From Candidatus Berkelbacteria bacterium (GTDB lineage Bacteria; Patescibacteriota; UBA1384; XYA2-FULL-43-10; 1-14-0-10-43-13): a stretch of 64,000 nt of DNA. The DNA lies in the NCBI GenBank assembly GCA_037140515.1, contig JBAXEI010000002.1, positions 39,703 to 103,702 of the forward strand, given 5' to 3'. The position numbers and the translations under genes were made by a program. Under the pieces are notes generated by a model. It was not told the DNA's origin and made no database searches. It was given only the letters and a program-made list of their open reading frames with translations. Shown piece after piece: positions 39,807 to 48,800 of the stretch; position 1 is the stretch's first letter, and the number at the start of each line of letters is the position of its first letter.

Positions 39807-40802
39807 ATGACAAAAAGAATATTCTCAGGCATTCAACCTAGCGGCATTATCCATCTGGGTAATTATCTCGGCGCGATCAAACAGTGGGTAGATACACAGG
39901 ATACAGCTGATCAAGCGATTTTTTGCGTTGTAGATCTTCATGCGATTACTGTTCCTCAGGATCCGAAGGCTCTGCAACAAAATATTCTAAACGCCGCTGC
40001 ACTCTACATCGCTTGCGGTGTGAATCCAGAAAAAGCCGTGATATATGTTCAGTCTAGTGTGCCACAACATTCTGAGCTGATGTGGATCCTGAACACAATC
40101 GCGACAATGGGCGAACTTTCACGGATGACTCAGTTCAAGGAGAAGTCTGCGAAGAATACAAATTCTGACTCTGTGGGTGTTGGTTTGTTCGACTATCCAG
40201 TACTGATGGCTGCTGACATCCTCCTATATGGTACAACTCACGTTCCTGTCGGTCATGATCAGAAACAGCATGTTGAGCTAGCTAGAGACTTGGCGCAGAG
40301 ATTCAATTCTCGATTTGGCGAGACTTTTGTAGTTCCAGAGCCAATAATCAAGAAAGAAAGCGCACGGATTATGGGACTTGATGATCCGACAAAGAAGATG
40401 AGCAAATCAGCTTCTTCACCGCTAAATTATATCGCGATGACTGATGATGCAGAGACAATCCGCAATAAGTTCAAGCGTGCTGTTACAGATTCTGGCAGCG
40501 AAATAGTTGCTCGTGAGGATAAGCCTGCTATCACAAATTTACTTAATATTCTGAGTGAAGTCTCTGGAAAATCAGTTGCAGAACTTGAGAAAAATTTTGC
40601 AGGCATTGGCTACGGTGATTTCAAGATGGCAGTCGCAGAGGCAGTTATCGAGTATCTCAAACCAATTCAGGACAAGTATTTCGAATTGTTGAAAGACGAG
40701 TCCAAGCTGAAAGCAATCTTGCGAGAAGGTGCCGAGCGAATCGCACCGATTGCCAAAAAAACGCTCAAAGAAGTTCAGGAAAAAGTAGGCTTGGGAATCT
40801 AA
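39807..40802 (+). CDS. trpS: Tryptophanyl-tRNA synthetase.
   Basis: Class I HIGH-like GIQPSGIIHLGNYLG and KMSKS motifs. GGAG RBS 7 nt upstream of the ATG at 39807 (the track begins at 39795). Confidence 0.9.
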   Translation: MTKRIFSGIQPSGIIHLGNYLGAIKQWVDTQDTADQAIFCVVDLHAITVPQDPKALQQNILNAAALYIACGVNPEKAVIYVQSSVPQHSELMWILNTIATMGELSRMTQFKEKSAKNTNSDSVGVGLFDYPVLMAADILLYGTTHVPVGHDQKQHVELARDLAQRFNSRFGETFVVPEPIIKKESARIMGLDDPTKKMSKSASSPLNYIAMTDDAETIRNKFKRAVTDSGSEIVAREDKPAITNLLNILSEVSGKSVAELEKNFAGIGYGDFKMAVAEAVIEYLKPIQDKYFELLKDESKLKAILREGAERIAPIAKKTLKEVQEKVGLGI

Positions 40803-40807
40803 TATAT

Positions 40808-41260
40808 ATGGATACAATTTACATAAATACAGATGGGGGATCGAGGGGCAATCCAGGGCCAGCGGGTATTGGAATCATCTTTTTTGATGACCAAAGCAAA
40901 CAGATGCATAGCCACAAGGAGTGTATTGGCGATGGCACAAATAATGAAGCGGAGTATACCGCCATCATCCGAGCACTTGAGATTTTGCTCAAAAGTAAAT
41001 GGTTTGCGGACAATAACTTGGCTGATAAAAAGGTGATTTGTCGTCTCGATTCGAAGCTTGTAGTCGAGCAGATAAATGGCAATTGGAAGGTGAAAGAAGC
41101 CCGTCTGAAGGACTACGTGACAAAAATCCGTGCAATGGTAGACCAGATGCATCTACATATCTCTTTTGTTCACATTCCTCGAGAAGAAAATTCTGCCGCT
41201 GACGCCTTGGTAAACCTTGCTCTGGACGAGCAGGCAAAGAATCTAAATAGCTTAACCTAA
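40808..41260 (+). CDS. rnhA: Ribonuclease HI.
   Basis: INTDGGSRGNPGPAGIGI, NNEAEYTAIIRALE and catalytic DSKLVV...HIPREEN..AD. Confidence 0.85.
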   Translation: MDTIYINTDGGSRGNPGPAGIGIIFFDDQSKQMHSHKECIGDGTNNEAEYTAIIRALEILLKSKWFADNNLADKKVICRLDSKLVVEQINGNWKVKEARLKDYVTKIRAMVDQMHLHISFVHIPREENSAADALVNLALDEQAKNLNSLT

Positions 41261-41267
41261 AAATATT

Positions 41268-41489
41268 ATGAAAATAACCGTACGCGTAATTCCAAACGCG
41301 AAAACGCTAAAAGTCGAGAAGCATAGCGATGGAACCTTGAAGGTCTGGGTCACTGGCAAGCCATTTCGTGGTGCTGCGACGCTAGAAGTGATTGACGCGC
41401 TATCTGCCTTTTACAAAATTCCAAAAAGTCTTATCACTATCGTAAAGGGTCTTACTTCACGAAATAAGGTTTTTGATATCGACAATTAG
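41268..41489 (+). CDS. DUF167/YggU-family small protein.
   Basis: ITVRVIPNAK...LKVWVTGKP.RGAATLEVIDALSAFYKIPKSLITIVKGLTSRNK matches the YggU pattern. Confidence 0.6.
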   Translation: MKITVRVIPNAKTLKVEKHSDGTLKVWVTGKPFRGAATLEVIDALSAFYKIPKSLITIVKGLTSRNKVFDIDN

Positions 41490-41553
41490 TTTTTCTAGAC
41501 CTGCTGTGAAATCGGGTGTATGATATAGAAGAACAAAAAATGGAGGGAAATAG

Positions 41554-42168
41554 ATGAAACTAAAAAAGGGTTTTACGCTCGTAGAACTTCTTGTCGTCAT
41601 TGCAGTGATCGGCATTCTTTCTGCTGTTGTAGTTCTAAATACAAACAGTGCAAAGAGTAAAGCACGTGACGCGATCAGGCTTTCTGATATGGCTACTTTG
41701 AAGACGTCTTTAGGCTTATATTTAGAAGCAAATGGAAAATACCCTGACCAGCGTCCGAGCCCTGATCCAAGCACGACTTGTTTGACGAACTGTGTTATCA
41801 GCCGTAGCGACACAGCTATGGATGGTAATCCCGGTAAGTATATTTCCGACATGGATACGTATTTCCCAGGTGGCCTCCCAAACGATCCGATAAATAAGTC
41901 AAACGGATCTGGCAATTATTTTTATTCGTATCAAGCTATTGTAGTAGTTTCCGCGGTTTCGCCACCATGTGATGTCTCAAAATATTCTCGTCGCATTCTT
42001 TTGGGCGTAAGGACCTTTGAATCAATACCTGCTTATACACGTCATCCGAAAAGTCCGATTCAAGAAGCACAGGCAGAATGTTGGCCATCAGCTAATGACT
42101 CAACCTGGGTAACAAATGGTAGCAATATGCTGCGAGAATGGGGATACACAGTTCTTGAAGAGAAATAA
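41554..42168 (+). CDS. Type IV major pilin, paralog of 35716..36177.
   Basis: MKLKKGFTLVELLVVIAVIGILSAVVVLNTNSAKSKARDA is nearly identical to the N-terminus of the other pilin. Same AAAATGGAGGGAA leader. Confidence 0.85.
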   Translation: MKLKKGFTLVELLVVIAVIGILSAVVVLNTNSAKSKARDAIRLSDMATLKTSLGLYLEANGKYPDQRPSPDPSTTCLTNCVISRSDTAMDGNPGKYISDMDTYFPGGLPNDPINKSNGSGNYFYSYQAIVVVSAVSPPCDVSKYSRRILLGVRTFESIPAYTRHPKSPIQEAQAECWPSANDSTWVTNGSNMLREWGYTVLEEK

Positions 42169-42185
42169 TTTTTCAATAATTTAGT

Positions 42186-43952
42186 ATGAAATACTGGCCT
42201 TATATTACAATGATATTGTTCCTTATGGGGATCAGTATTTTCGTAGTTATATATGGCGAGAAAAGTCAAAGAAATAACACTGCTGCGAAGTCTTCTGTCG
42301 TGGATAGCTCGCCCGCTGATAGCGCCAAAAATCAAAAGCAAAAAATATTTGCAGTGACGGTGCCTCATCATGATTTGGTTGCGGCTGATCGGAGCAAATA
42401 CCTAGCTGAAATCGCAAAAATCGAATCGCCAAAGACTATTATCTTGGTTTCGCCCAATCACTTCGATACTGGCAAAAGTGATATTTTGACTACTGAAAAG
42501 ATTTGGGACCTTGGTGAAAAAAAGATAAACCCAGCAGATGATATTATCAGCAAGTTGCCTTCTGAATTGGTCGGCAATGATGAAAATGCGTTCCTTGGTG
42601 AGCATGGCATCAAAAATATCCTGCCTGATATTGCCAATTATTTCCCTAACGCTAAAATCGTACCAATAATCATCAAACAAGACACAGCAAAAGGAAAAGT
42701 GGCTCTGCTAGCTGATAATTTAGTAAGAAATTGCAAAGAAGACTGTTTGCTTATCACCTCCGTAGACGATTCGCACTATCAGCCAGCGTCTCTTTCTGAG
42801 CTTCATGACAGTCTGACAATCAGAGCGTTGAACAATGTAGATGATGATTTGATTTGGCGAGCGGAAGTAGATTCGAATCAATCACTTGCGCTACTGATCG
42901 CTTGGTCAAAAGCTCATGATGCAAATAAATTTAGTATCTACAAAAATACAAATTCTGGAATTATTGCTGGCGATCGTGATGTCGAGGCGACTAGCTATAT
43001 TTTTGGTGATTTTGCAGTTGGAGAAAAGAATGCAACCATTGGTGATGAAGTTACTTTTACCATAGCAGGCGACTCGATGTTCGACCGAGCGGTTGATTAC
43101 AAATTTCGTGATAACAAAATATTTGATATTTTTGCAAATTTCGGCGACAGAGTTCTCGCTGGTACCGATCTCTCTCTACTAAATCTTGAAGGCCCGATCA
43201 GCGCTGAGCCGATTGTAGCTGACCAGACTGACTCACTGATATTTAATTTTCCGCCAAAAACTGTAGATGTACTGAAATGGTTAGATATAAATGCGGTGAG
43301 CTTAGCTAATAATCATACAATGAATGCGGGCAAGACAGGATTTGCTAACACTCAGAAAGTGCTAAAAGAAAAAGATATATTGCCGATCGGTTCGGCAACT
43401 TCTTTTGACGAAACTTCTATTGCCAGATTTGGCTCTGGAGTTACAAAACTGAGTGTTATCACTATCGAGTCGCTTGAGGTGAGCAAGGATTTGACAGAGA
43501 TCGTAAAAGCAGAAAAAAATGCTGGCAATCGAGTCTTGATCATGCCACATTGGGGCACAGAATACGAACCAATTCATTCAGCTTCGCAGGAAAAGCTTGC
43601 ACATAGCTGGATAGACGCAGGCGCTGACATTGTGATCGGCTCGCATCCACACGTTGTTCAAGATGCCGAATTATACAAGTCTAGAGCAATTTTTTACTCA
43701 ATTGGAAATTTTGTTTTTGACCAAACTTGGTCTGAGCCAACTCAGAAGGGTCTAATTATTGCCGGGAAATTTAAGGGTGATAGTTTAGATCTAGTATTAT
43801 TGCCGATTGTGAGCAAGAAAATCCAACCACAGCTACTTCGTGGGGCAGAAAAGACCGATTTTATTACCAAATTTCGTAACGATCTCGGTTTGTCCACTAG
43901 CAGTACAGGTCTTGGTTATGATAAAATTACTATACAACTAAGTAACAAATAA
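42186..43952 (+). CDS. Membrane-anchored fusion protein with an N-terminal Memo1/AmmeMemoRadiSam-B-like domain and a C-terminal CapA (PGA_cap) metallophosphoesterase-like domain.
   Basis: N-terminal TM. Memo-like motifs VTVPHHDL, ILVSPNHF and TSVDDSHY. CapA-like motifs IAGDSMFDR, NAVSLANNHTMNAG, MPHWGTEY and IGSHPHVVQ. Confidence 0.6.
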   Translation: MKYWPYITMILFLMGISIFVVIYGEKSQRNNTAAKSSVVDSSPADSAKNQKQKIFAVTVPHHDLVAADRSKYLAEIAKIESPKTIILVSPNHFDTGKSDILTTEKIWDLGEKKINPADDIISKLPSELVGNDENAFLGEHGIKNILPDIANYFPNAKIVPIIIKQDTAKGKVALLADNLVRNCKEDCLLITSVDDSHYQPASLSELHDSLTIRALNNVDDDLIWRAEVDSNQSLALLIAWSKAHDANKFSIYKNTNSGIIAGDRDVEATSYIFGDFAVGEKNATIGDEVTFTIAGDSMFDRAVDYKFRDNKIFDIFANFGDRVLAGTDLSLLNLEGPISAEPIVADQTDSLIFNFPPKTVDVLKWLDINAVSLANNHTMNAGKTGFANTQKVLKEKDILPIGSATSFDETSIARFGSGVTKLSVITIESLEVSKDLTEIVKAEKNAGNRVLIMPHWGTEYEPIHSASQEKLAHSWIDAGADIVIGSHPHVVQDAELYKSRAIFYSIGNFVFDQTWSEPTQKGLIIAGKFKGDSLDLVLLPIVSKKIQPQLLRGAEKTDFITKFRNDLGLSTSSTGLGYDKITIQLSNK

Positions 43953-43972
43953 TGTTCTATAAATGGAGGGAA

Positions 43973-45667
43973 ATGACAAAGAGAGAAAAGATTTTATTAT
44001 GGAGTCTGATTGGGGTTCTTATATTATCAAGTGCCGGCTTAGTCTATGCATATCGAGATAGCATTCCTTTCTTGCACAAGGATAAAGGTGTTTCTTTGGA
44101 TGTAGCCCCTGTCGCGAGCGGGAGTACTGTGTCCACAGGTAGCGTTGCCACTGGAAATGCTGCTACTGGTAGCGTTGCTGTTAGCACTGGTTCTGTGGCT
44201 ACTGGCACTACTGTCGTGTCTGATATCAAGTGGGTTACGCCTGCAAAGATTGCAGATCCTGGCGTTATCAAATTGTCTTATGATTCGAGTTACTCGACAT
44301 ATTATAAGGTCGCGAATTATACAGACGGCGGCGAGATGATCCTAGGCTTGATTCCGCCAGATGGTCCAGGCGCAAGCTCGATCATTCGATTCAAAAAGAC
44401 GACCGATAGCAAATATTATTATCTGAAAAATAGCTCAACAAATCCAACTGATTCGCTTGAATCAACATTTTTGGTAGATTATGGCACAAAGACTTTTGTT
44501 GATACGAAAACTGCAGCTTATGCAGACCTCGCGAGTCCAGATAAGATTGTCCTAGATAGCAAGACTACGCTTAAGCTTGTCGGCGGGATTGGTACCTCAC
44601 AGCTTTTCTCAGACCTAATAGAGCCAAAGCTTCTGACGACCACTGCCTCTGGCCCAATTTATCGAGTTATTACTGGCGATAACACACAGCCATACCTGAA
44701 CAGAAGCTTGTATTTGAAGCATGCTGATGGCACAATTTCTGGCTACGTCGAGAGCATTGCCTTTCTAACAGATAGTGGCGTTGCAAATATTACCCTCACC
44801 ACTGGGACTAAAGATGCTGCAGCATACAACACAAACAGTACTGCTGGCTGTGGAGGACCGGTTCTTACGACAATACTTACATCGACAAGTGATATCGCAA
44901 ATCGTGTCACAGTCTATGGCACGACCTCAACAGGTGATAAAGTCTACACTTTGACTAGCCAGTCAGATGTGATTGCAACAACTGCGTACAACAACTATTC
45001 TACAGGACGAGGCGCAGATGCGATTACTTTTGCTCAGTATTTTAGCAAACCAGCACTATTCTTGTGGAAAGATGGCCTCAACGACTACGTTCTTTTCATG
45101 AATAATGAAGTCGGACCAATGGGCGAGTGCGGCAAACCAGTAGTCTATTTGTACCCGACTGAGACTACAAGCATTAGCGTAAAAGTAGGTGCAACGATCA
45201 CCAAGAGCGAGCCACAATACAATGATGGCTGGAATGTTTTGGCTCAGCCAAGTGGCCAGCTTACACAGAACGGTGTATCTTATCCAAATCTTTTCTGGGA
45301 GGGTATCGGAAATGGCACTTATCCAGCAATTGACTCGGGGTTTGTTGTGAAGTCGAGTGACATCGAATCAACTTTATCTAGCCATTTGACACTTCTTGGC
45401 TTAAATACTCAGGAAAAAGCAGATTTCATGGAGTATTGGCTACCAAAAATGCCAAAAACGGCTTATACGAGACTGACTTGGCTGGGAACAAAAGATATGG
45501 ATCGTCTTGCACCACTCACTGTGACTCCAGCACCAGAAACCAAGATCAGAATCTTCTTAGACTTCCAAGGATTGGATAAGATGATTGATTTGAAACCTCA
45601 GCACCTATCAGCGCCATCTCGAATCGGTTACACGCTTGTCGAGTGGGGCGGGCTACTTGTAAAATAG
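43973..45667 (+). CDS. Membrane-anchored/secreted protein of unknown function.
   Basis: TM ILLWSLIGVLILSSAGLVYAY. Short TGSVA-type repeats. GGAGGG RBS before the ATG at 43973 (the track begins at 43952). Confidence 0.55.
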   Translation: MTKREKILLWSLIGVLILSSAGLVYAYRDSIPFLHKDKGVSLDVAPVASGSTVSTGSVATGNAATGSVAVSTGSVATGTTVVSDIKWVTPAKIADPGVIKLSYDSSYSTYYKVANYTDGGEMILGLIPPDGPGASSIIRFKKTTDSKYYYLKNSSTNPTDSLESTFLVDYGTKTFVDTKTAAYADLASPDKIVLDSKTTLKLVGGIGTSQLFSDLIEPKLLTTTASGPIYRVITGDNTQPYLNRSLYLKHADGTISGYVESIAFLTDSGVANITLTTGTKDAAAYNTNSTAGCGGPVLTTILTSTSDIANRVTVYGTTSTGDKVYTLTSQSDVIATTAYNNYSTGRGADAITFAQYFSKPALFLWKDGLNDYVLFMNNEVGPMGECGKPVVYLYPTETTSISVKVGATITKSEPQYNDGWNVLAQPSGQLTQNGVSYPNLFWEGIGNGTYPAIDSGFVVKSSDIESTLSSHLTLLGLNTQEKADFMEYWLPKMPKTAYTRLTWLGTKDMDRLAPLTVTPAPETKIRIFLDFQGLDKMIDLKPQHLSAPSRIGYTLVEWGGLLVK

Positions 45668-45793
45668 TGATCTGGCGATATATATAAATCAGCTTCTGAA
45701 AAGGAGCTGATTTATATATTACTACTTGTAAGCTAGTCTTCGGTGTGTTTGAACGATCTAGCGCCAAACAATATTTTCAGCTAGAGTATTTCT

Positions 45794-46909
45794 ATGCCAA
45801 CGAAAATTCGAACATTTGATTTTAGTCTTTTGGTCTTGCCGATCATTTTTACCACGGTAGGGGTCTCTTTGATCTATAGCTTGGTAATGGGCACGGCAAA
45901 TGATGGTTTGGGCCTAAAGCAGGGGATGATCGCGATAGTAGGTTTGGCGATGATGTTAGTTTTTTCATTTTCTGATTATCGATATTTCAAGGGCACCGCT
46001 TGGATATTCTATGCGGTTTCTCTGATTCTTCTGGTCTGGGTATATATCTTTGGTAAGTCGGTAAATGGTGCGATGAACTGGATTGATCTGAAGATATTTC
46101 GGTTACAGCCCTCTGAGCTAGAAAAAATCAGCTTGATATTCACTCTTTCTGCATATTTTTCAAACAAAACCAATAAAATTAAGTGGCAGCACATTTTGGT
46201 TTCTCTCCTTATTTTGCTGGTCCCACTGGCATTGATATTGTTGGAGCCAGATCTTGGTACAGCGATAATAATTTGTTTTATCTATATCACGATATTGCTC
46301 GCGTCAAAGCCAACGAAATCGCAAATTGCTGTGATTGTTGGAGTCGTCTTAGCTATCTTTATCTGTGCTTTTCTTGCTTTCAAAGGTACGAAACCATTTC
46401 AGAACGTCTTGCATGATTACCAGAGACAGCGAATCGCTGTTTTTCTCAAACCTGATCTTGATCCATATGGTCGGGGATATAATGTGAAGCAAGCGCAGAT
46501 TACCATTGGTTCGGGCAACCTAATCGGCAAAGGCTTGGGCAAAGGTTCACAATCTCAGCTTCAGTTTCTGCCAGAAGCACATACAGACTTCATTTTTGCT
46601 GGAATCGCTGAATCGTTTGGATTTCTTGGAACTTCAGTTTTCCTTGTGCTTTATTGCTTTTTGTTAACAAGAATTCTAGAAATTGGCGCTCGCGCACGTG
46701 ATAATTTTGGTATGCTCTGCGCTTTTGGAGTTTTTGGTATGTTCTTTTTTCAAGCGCTTATCAGCGTTGGGATGAATATTGGATTTTTGCCAGTAACAGG
46801 GATTCCTCTGCCTTTTATGAGCTATGGCGGAACGTCGCTTCTTGTCTCGATGATGGCAGTCGGTCTGATCCAGAGCGTTTTTATCCGCCACGAAAAAATA
46901 ACATTTTAA
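45794..46909 (+). CDS. SEDS-family peptidoglycan glycosyltransferase (FtsW/RodA).
   Basis: GSQSQLQFLPEAHTDFIFAGIAESFGF and PVTGIPLPFMSYGGTSLL. Confidence 0.85.
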   Translation: MPTKIRTFDFSLLVLPIIFTTVGVSLIYSLVMGTANDGLGLKQGMIAIVGLAMMLVFSFSDYRYFKGTAWIFYAVSLILLVWVYIFGKSVNGAMNWIDLKIFRLQPSELEKISLIFTLSAYFSNKTNKIKWQHILVSLLILLVPLALILLEPDLGTAIIICFIYITILLASKPTKSQIAVIVGVVLAIFICAFLAFKGTKPFQNVLHDYQRQRIAVFLKPDLDPYGRGYNVKQAQITIGSGNLIGKGLGKGSQSQLQFLPEAHTDFIFAGIAESFGFLGTSVFLVLYCFLLTRILEIGARARDNFGMLCAFGVFGMFFFQALISVGMNIGFLPVTGIPLPFMSYGGTSLLVSMMAVGLIQSVFIRHEKITF

Positions 46910-46913
46910 TGTA

Positions 46914-46941
46914 TTGACAATTTGGCTCTATCTGATAATAT
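46914..46941 (+). promoter_or_regulatory. Promoter for rplU.
   Basis: TTGACA, 16-nt spacer, extended TGnTAATAT. A hairpin agccc-cac-gggct followed by TTTTTT (46955..46975) lies in the leader. Confidence 0.45.
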
Positions 46942-46992
46942 ATATCTTATAGATAGCCCCACGGGCTTTTTTAAGTTAGGAGTAGAAAAAAC

Positions 46993-47304
46993 ATGTTTGC
47001 AATCATTTCAAGTAAAGGTGTTCAATACCGAGTTGAAGAAGGTAAAGAATACAAAATCGACATTTTGGAAGAGCCTTCCGATAAGAAGCTCATTTTTTCT
47101 GATGTCTTGATCGTTGATACTGACAAAGGTACTAAAGTCGGAGCTCCTTTTATCGAAGGTGCTACTGTCGAAGCTGAATTCATCGGCGATGCCAGCACTA
47201 AGAAAGTAAAATCAACTAAGTTCAGACCAAAGAAGAGATATCAACGAAATCTGGGTCACAAACAGCACTTTACGTTGATCAAGGTTCTCTCTATCAAAGC
47301 ATAA
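46993..47304 (+). CDS. rplU: 50S ribosomal protein L21.
   Basis: MFAIISSKGVQYRVEEG... typical L21. Confidence 0.9.
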   Translation: MFAIISSKGVQYRVEEGKEYKIDILEEPSDKKLIFSDVLIVDTDKGTKVGAPFIEGATVEAEFIGDASTKKVKSTKFRPKKRYQRNLGHKQHFTLIKVLSIKA

Positions 47305-47306
47305 TT

Positions 47307-47501
47307 ATGAAAAACGCCATATTTGATTATTTCAAAGGGGTGTGGAACGAACTTACAAAAGTTACGTGGCCAACAAGAAAAGTAGTTATCAATCATACAA
47401 TTATAGTTATAATCTCAGCTGTGATAGCGATATCTCTGACTGCGGCAATCGATTTTGGACTTGCTCGGTTGGTTGAATACGTTGTTCAGCATAGGAGTTA
47501 G
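47307..47501 (+). CDS. secE: Preprotein translocase subunit SecE.
   Basis: VTWPTRKVVINHTIIVIISAVIAISLTAAIDFGLARLV matches the SecE TM/C-terminal region. Confidence 0.8.
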   Translation: MKNAIFDYFKGVWNELTKVTWPTRKVVINHTIIVIISAVIAISLTAAIDFGLARLVEYVVQHRS

Positions 47502-47508
47502 GGGATTT

Positions 47509-48111
47509 ATGGATAAAGAAAAAGACGAAACAAAAATTGAAGAGCCTGTTGAAGGTTCGAAAAAGTTTCTTACAATGAAGCAAACTGGTGAAAGAAACTG
47601 GTATGTTATCCATACTTACTCTGGCTATGAGGAGCAAGTAGGCGAATCGCTGAAGCAGCGAATTGAATCTTTGAACATGCAAGAAAAGATCTTTGATGTT
47701 ATCGTGCCAAAAGAGAAACAGATTGAAATCAAAAACGGTAAAAGAAAAATCATTGAAAAGAAGATTTTTCCTGGCTACGTCATGGTAGATATGATTGTCA
47801 CTGATGACTCTTGGTACGTTGTCCGAAATACACCAAATGTTACCGGCTTTATCGGTTTCGGTGTTCGACCAACTCCAATGTCGAAGGAAGAGATTGACAG
47901 AATCAAGAAGAGAATGGGCGTTGAAGAGCCAAAATACCAGATCGATCTTCGTGTAAATGATCTCGTAAAGATTACTGACGGCGCTCTAAAGGGCTTCGAA
48001 GGCAAGATTGAAGAAGTCGATCAAGATAAGGGCAAAGCTAAAGTCTTAGTCAACATGTTTGGTCGCGAAACTCCAGTCAATTTGGACTTTTTGCAAGTTA
48101 TAAAAGTATAA
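47509..48111 (+). CDS. nusG: Transcription termination/antitermination factor NusG.
   Basis: WYVIHTYSGYEEQV, the NGN domain and the KOW motif KITDGALKGFEGKIEEVD. The track ORF starts at 47455 inside secE. Confidence 0.85.
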   Translation: MDKEKDETKIEEPVEGSKKFLTMKQTGERNWYVIHTYSGYEEQVGESLKQRIESLNMQEKIFDVIVPKEKQIEIKNGKRKIIEKKIFPGYVMVDMIVTDDSWYVVRNTPNVTGFIGFGVRPTPMSKEEIDRIKKRMGVEEPKYQIDLRVNDLVKITDGALKGFEGKIEEVDQDKGKAKVLVNMFGRETPVNLDFLQVIKV

Positions 48112-48207
48112 TCAGTCAAAATCGTTTCATTGTTATATTGTCAAATTGCTGGCTTCTAGCGATTACATATATAGCTGAGATGGTGTCAAATATAAATAAG
48201 GAAAAAG

Positions 48208-48633
48208 ATGGCAAAAGCAATAAAAGCAATAATCAAACTACAATGTTCTGCTGGTAAAGCAAATCCTGCTCCTCCAGTCGGTCCAGCACTCGGTCAACAT
48301 GGCGTGAATATCATGGAATTCTGCACCAAGTTCAACGAAGCTACAAGAGAAAAAGGTGATACAATCATACCTGTAGAAATTACAGTGTATGAAGACAGAA
48401 CTTTCTCTCTAGTTTATAAGCAACCGCCTGCAGCAATTCTGATCATGAAAGCAATCAAAGCAGCAAAAGGCTCAGACAATTCCAAGAAGACAAAAGTAGG
48501 CATTTTGACTCAGGTACAGCTTGAAGAGATTGCAAAAGAGAAAATGAGTGACCTAAATGCAAATGATATCGAAGCCGCTAAAAAAGTGATTGCAGGTACT
48601 GCTCGAAGTATGGGCGTTGAGATCGAAAAGTAA
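48208..48633 (+). CDS. rplK: 50S ribosomal protein L11.
   Basis: [33 protein letters not shown]. Confidence 0.95.
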   Translation: MAKAIKAIIKLQCSAGKANPAPPVGPALGQHGVNIMEFCTKFNEATREKGDTIIPVEITVYEDRTFSLVYKQPPAAILIMKAIKAAKGSDNSKKTKVGILTQVQLEEIAKEKMSDLNANDIEAAKKVIAGTARSMGVEIEK

Positions 48634-48665
48634 TTTTGAAAAAGTTGAGACAGATATAAAAAAAG

Positions 48666-48694
48666 AAGCCCGAGAAACTCGGGATTCTTTTTTG
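48666..48694 (+). terminator. Rho-independent terminator after rplK.
   Basis: cccgag-aaa-ctcggg then attcttttttg. Two copies of the palindrome gtctgcagac follow. Confidence 0.6.
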
Positions 48695-48800
48695 TATATA
48701 ATAGGTGCCGTCTGCAGACCGAAGCGAAAGGAGGGGCAACACTTCTAGTCTGCAGACAACGATATTCATACATTGTCATAATAACCAAAGATAGTATATA

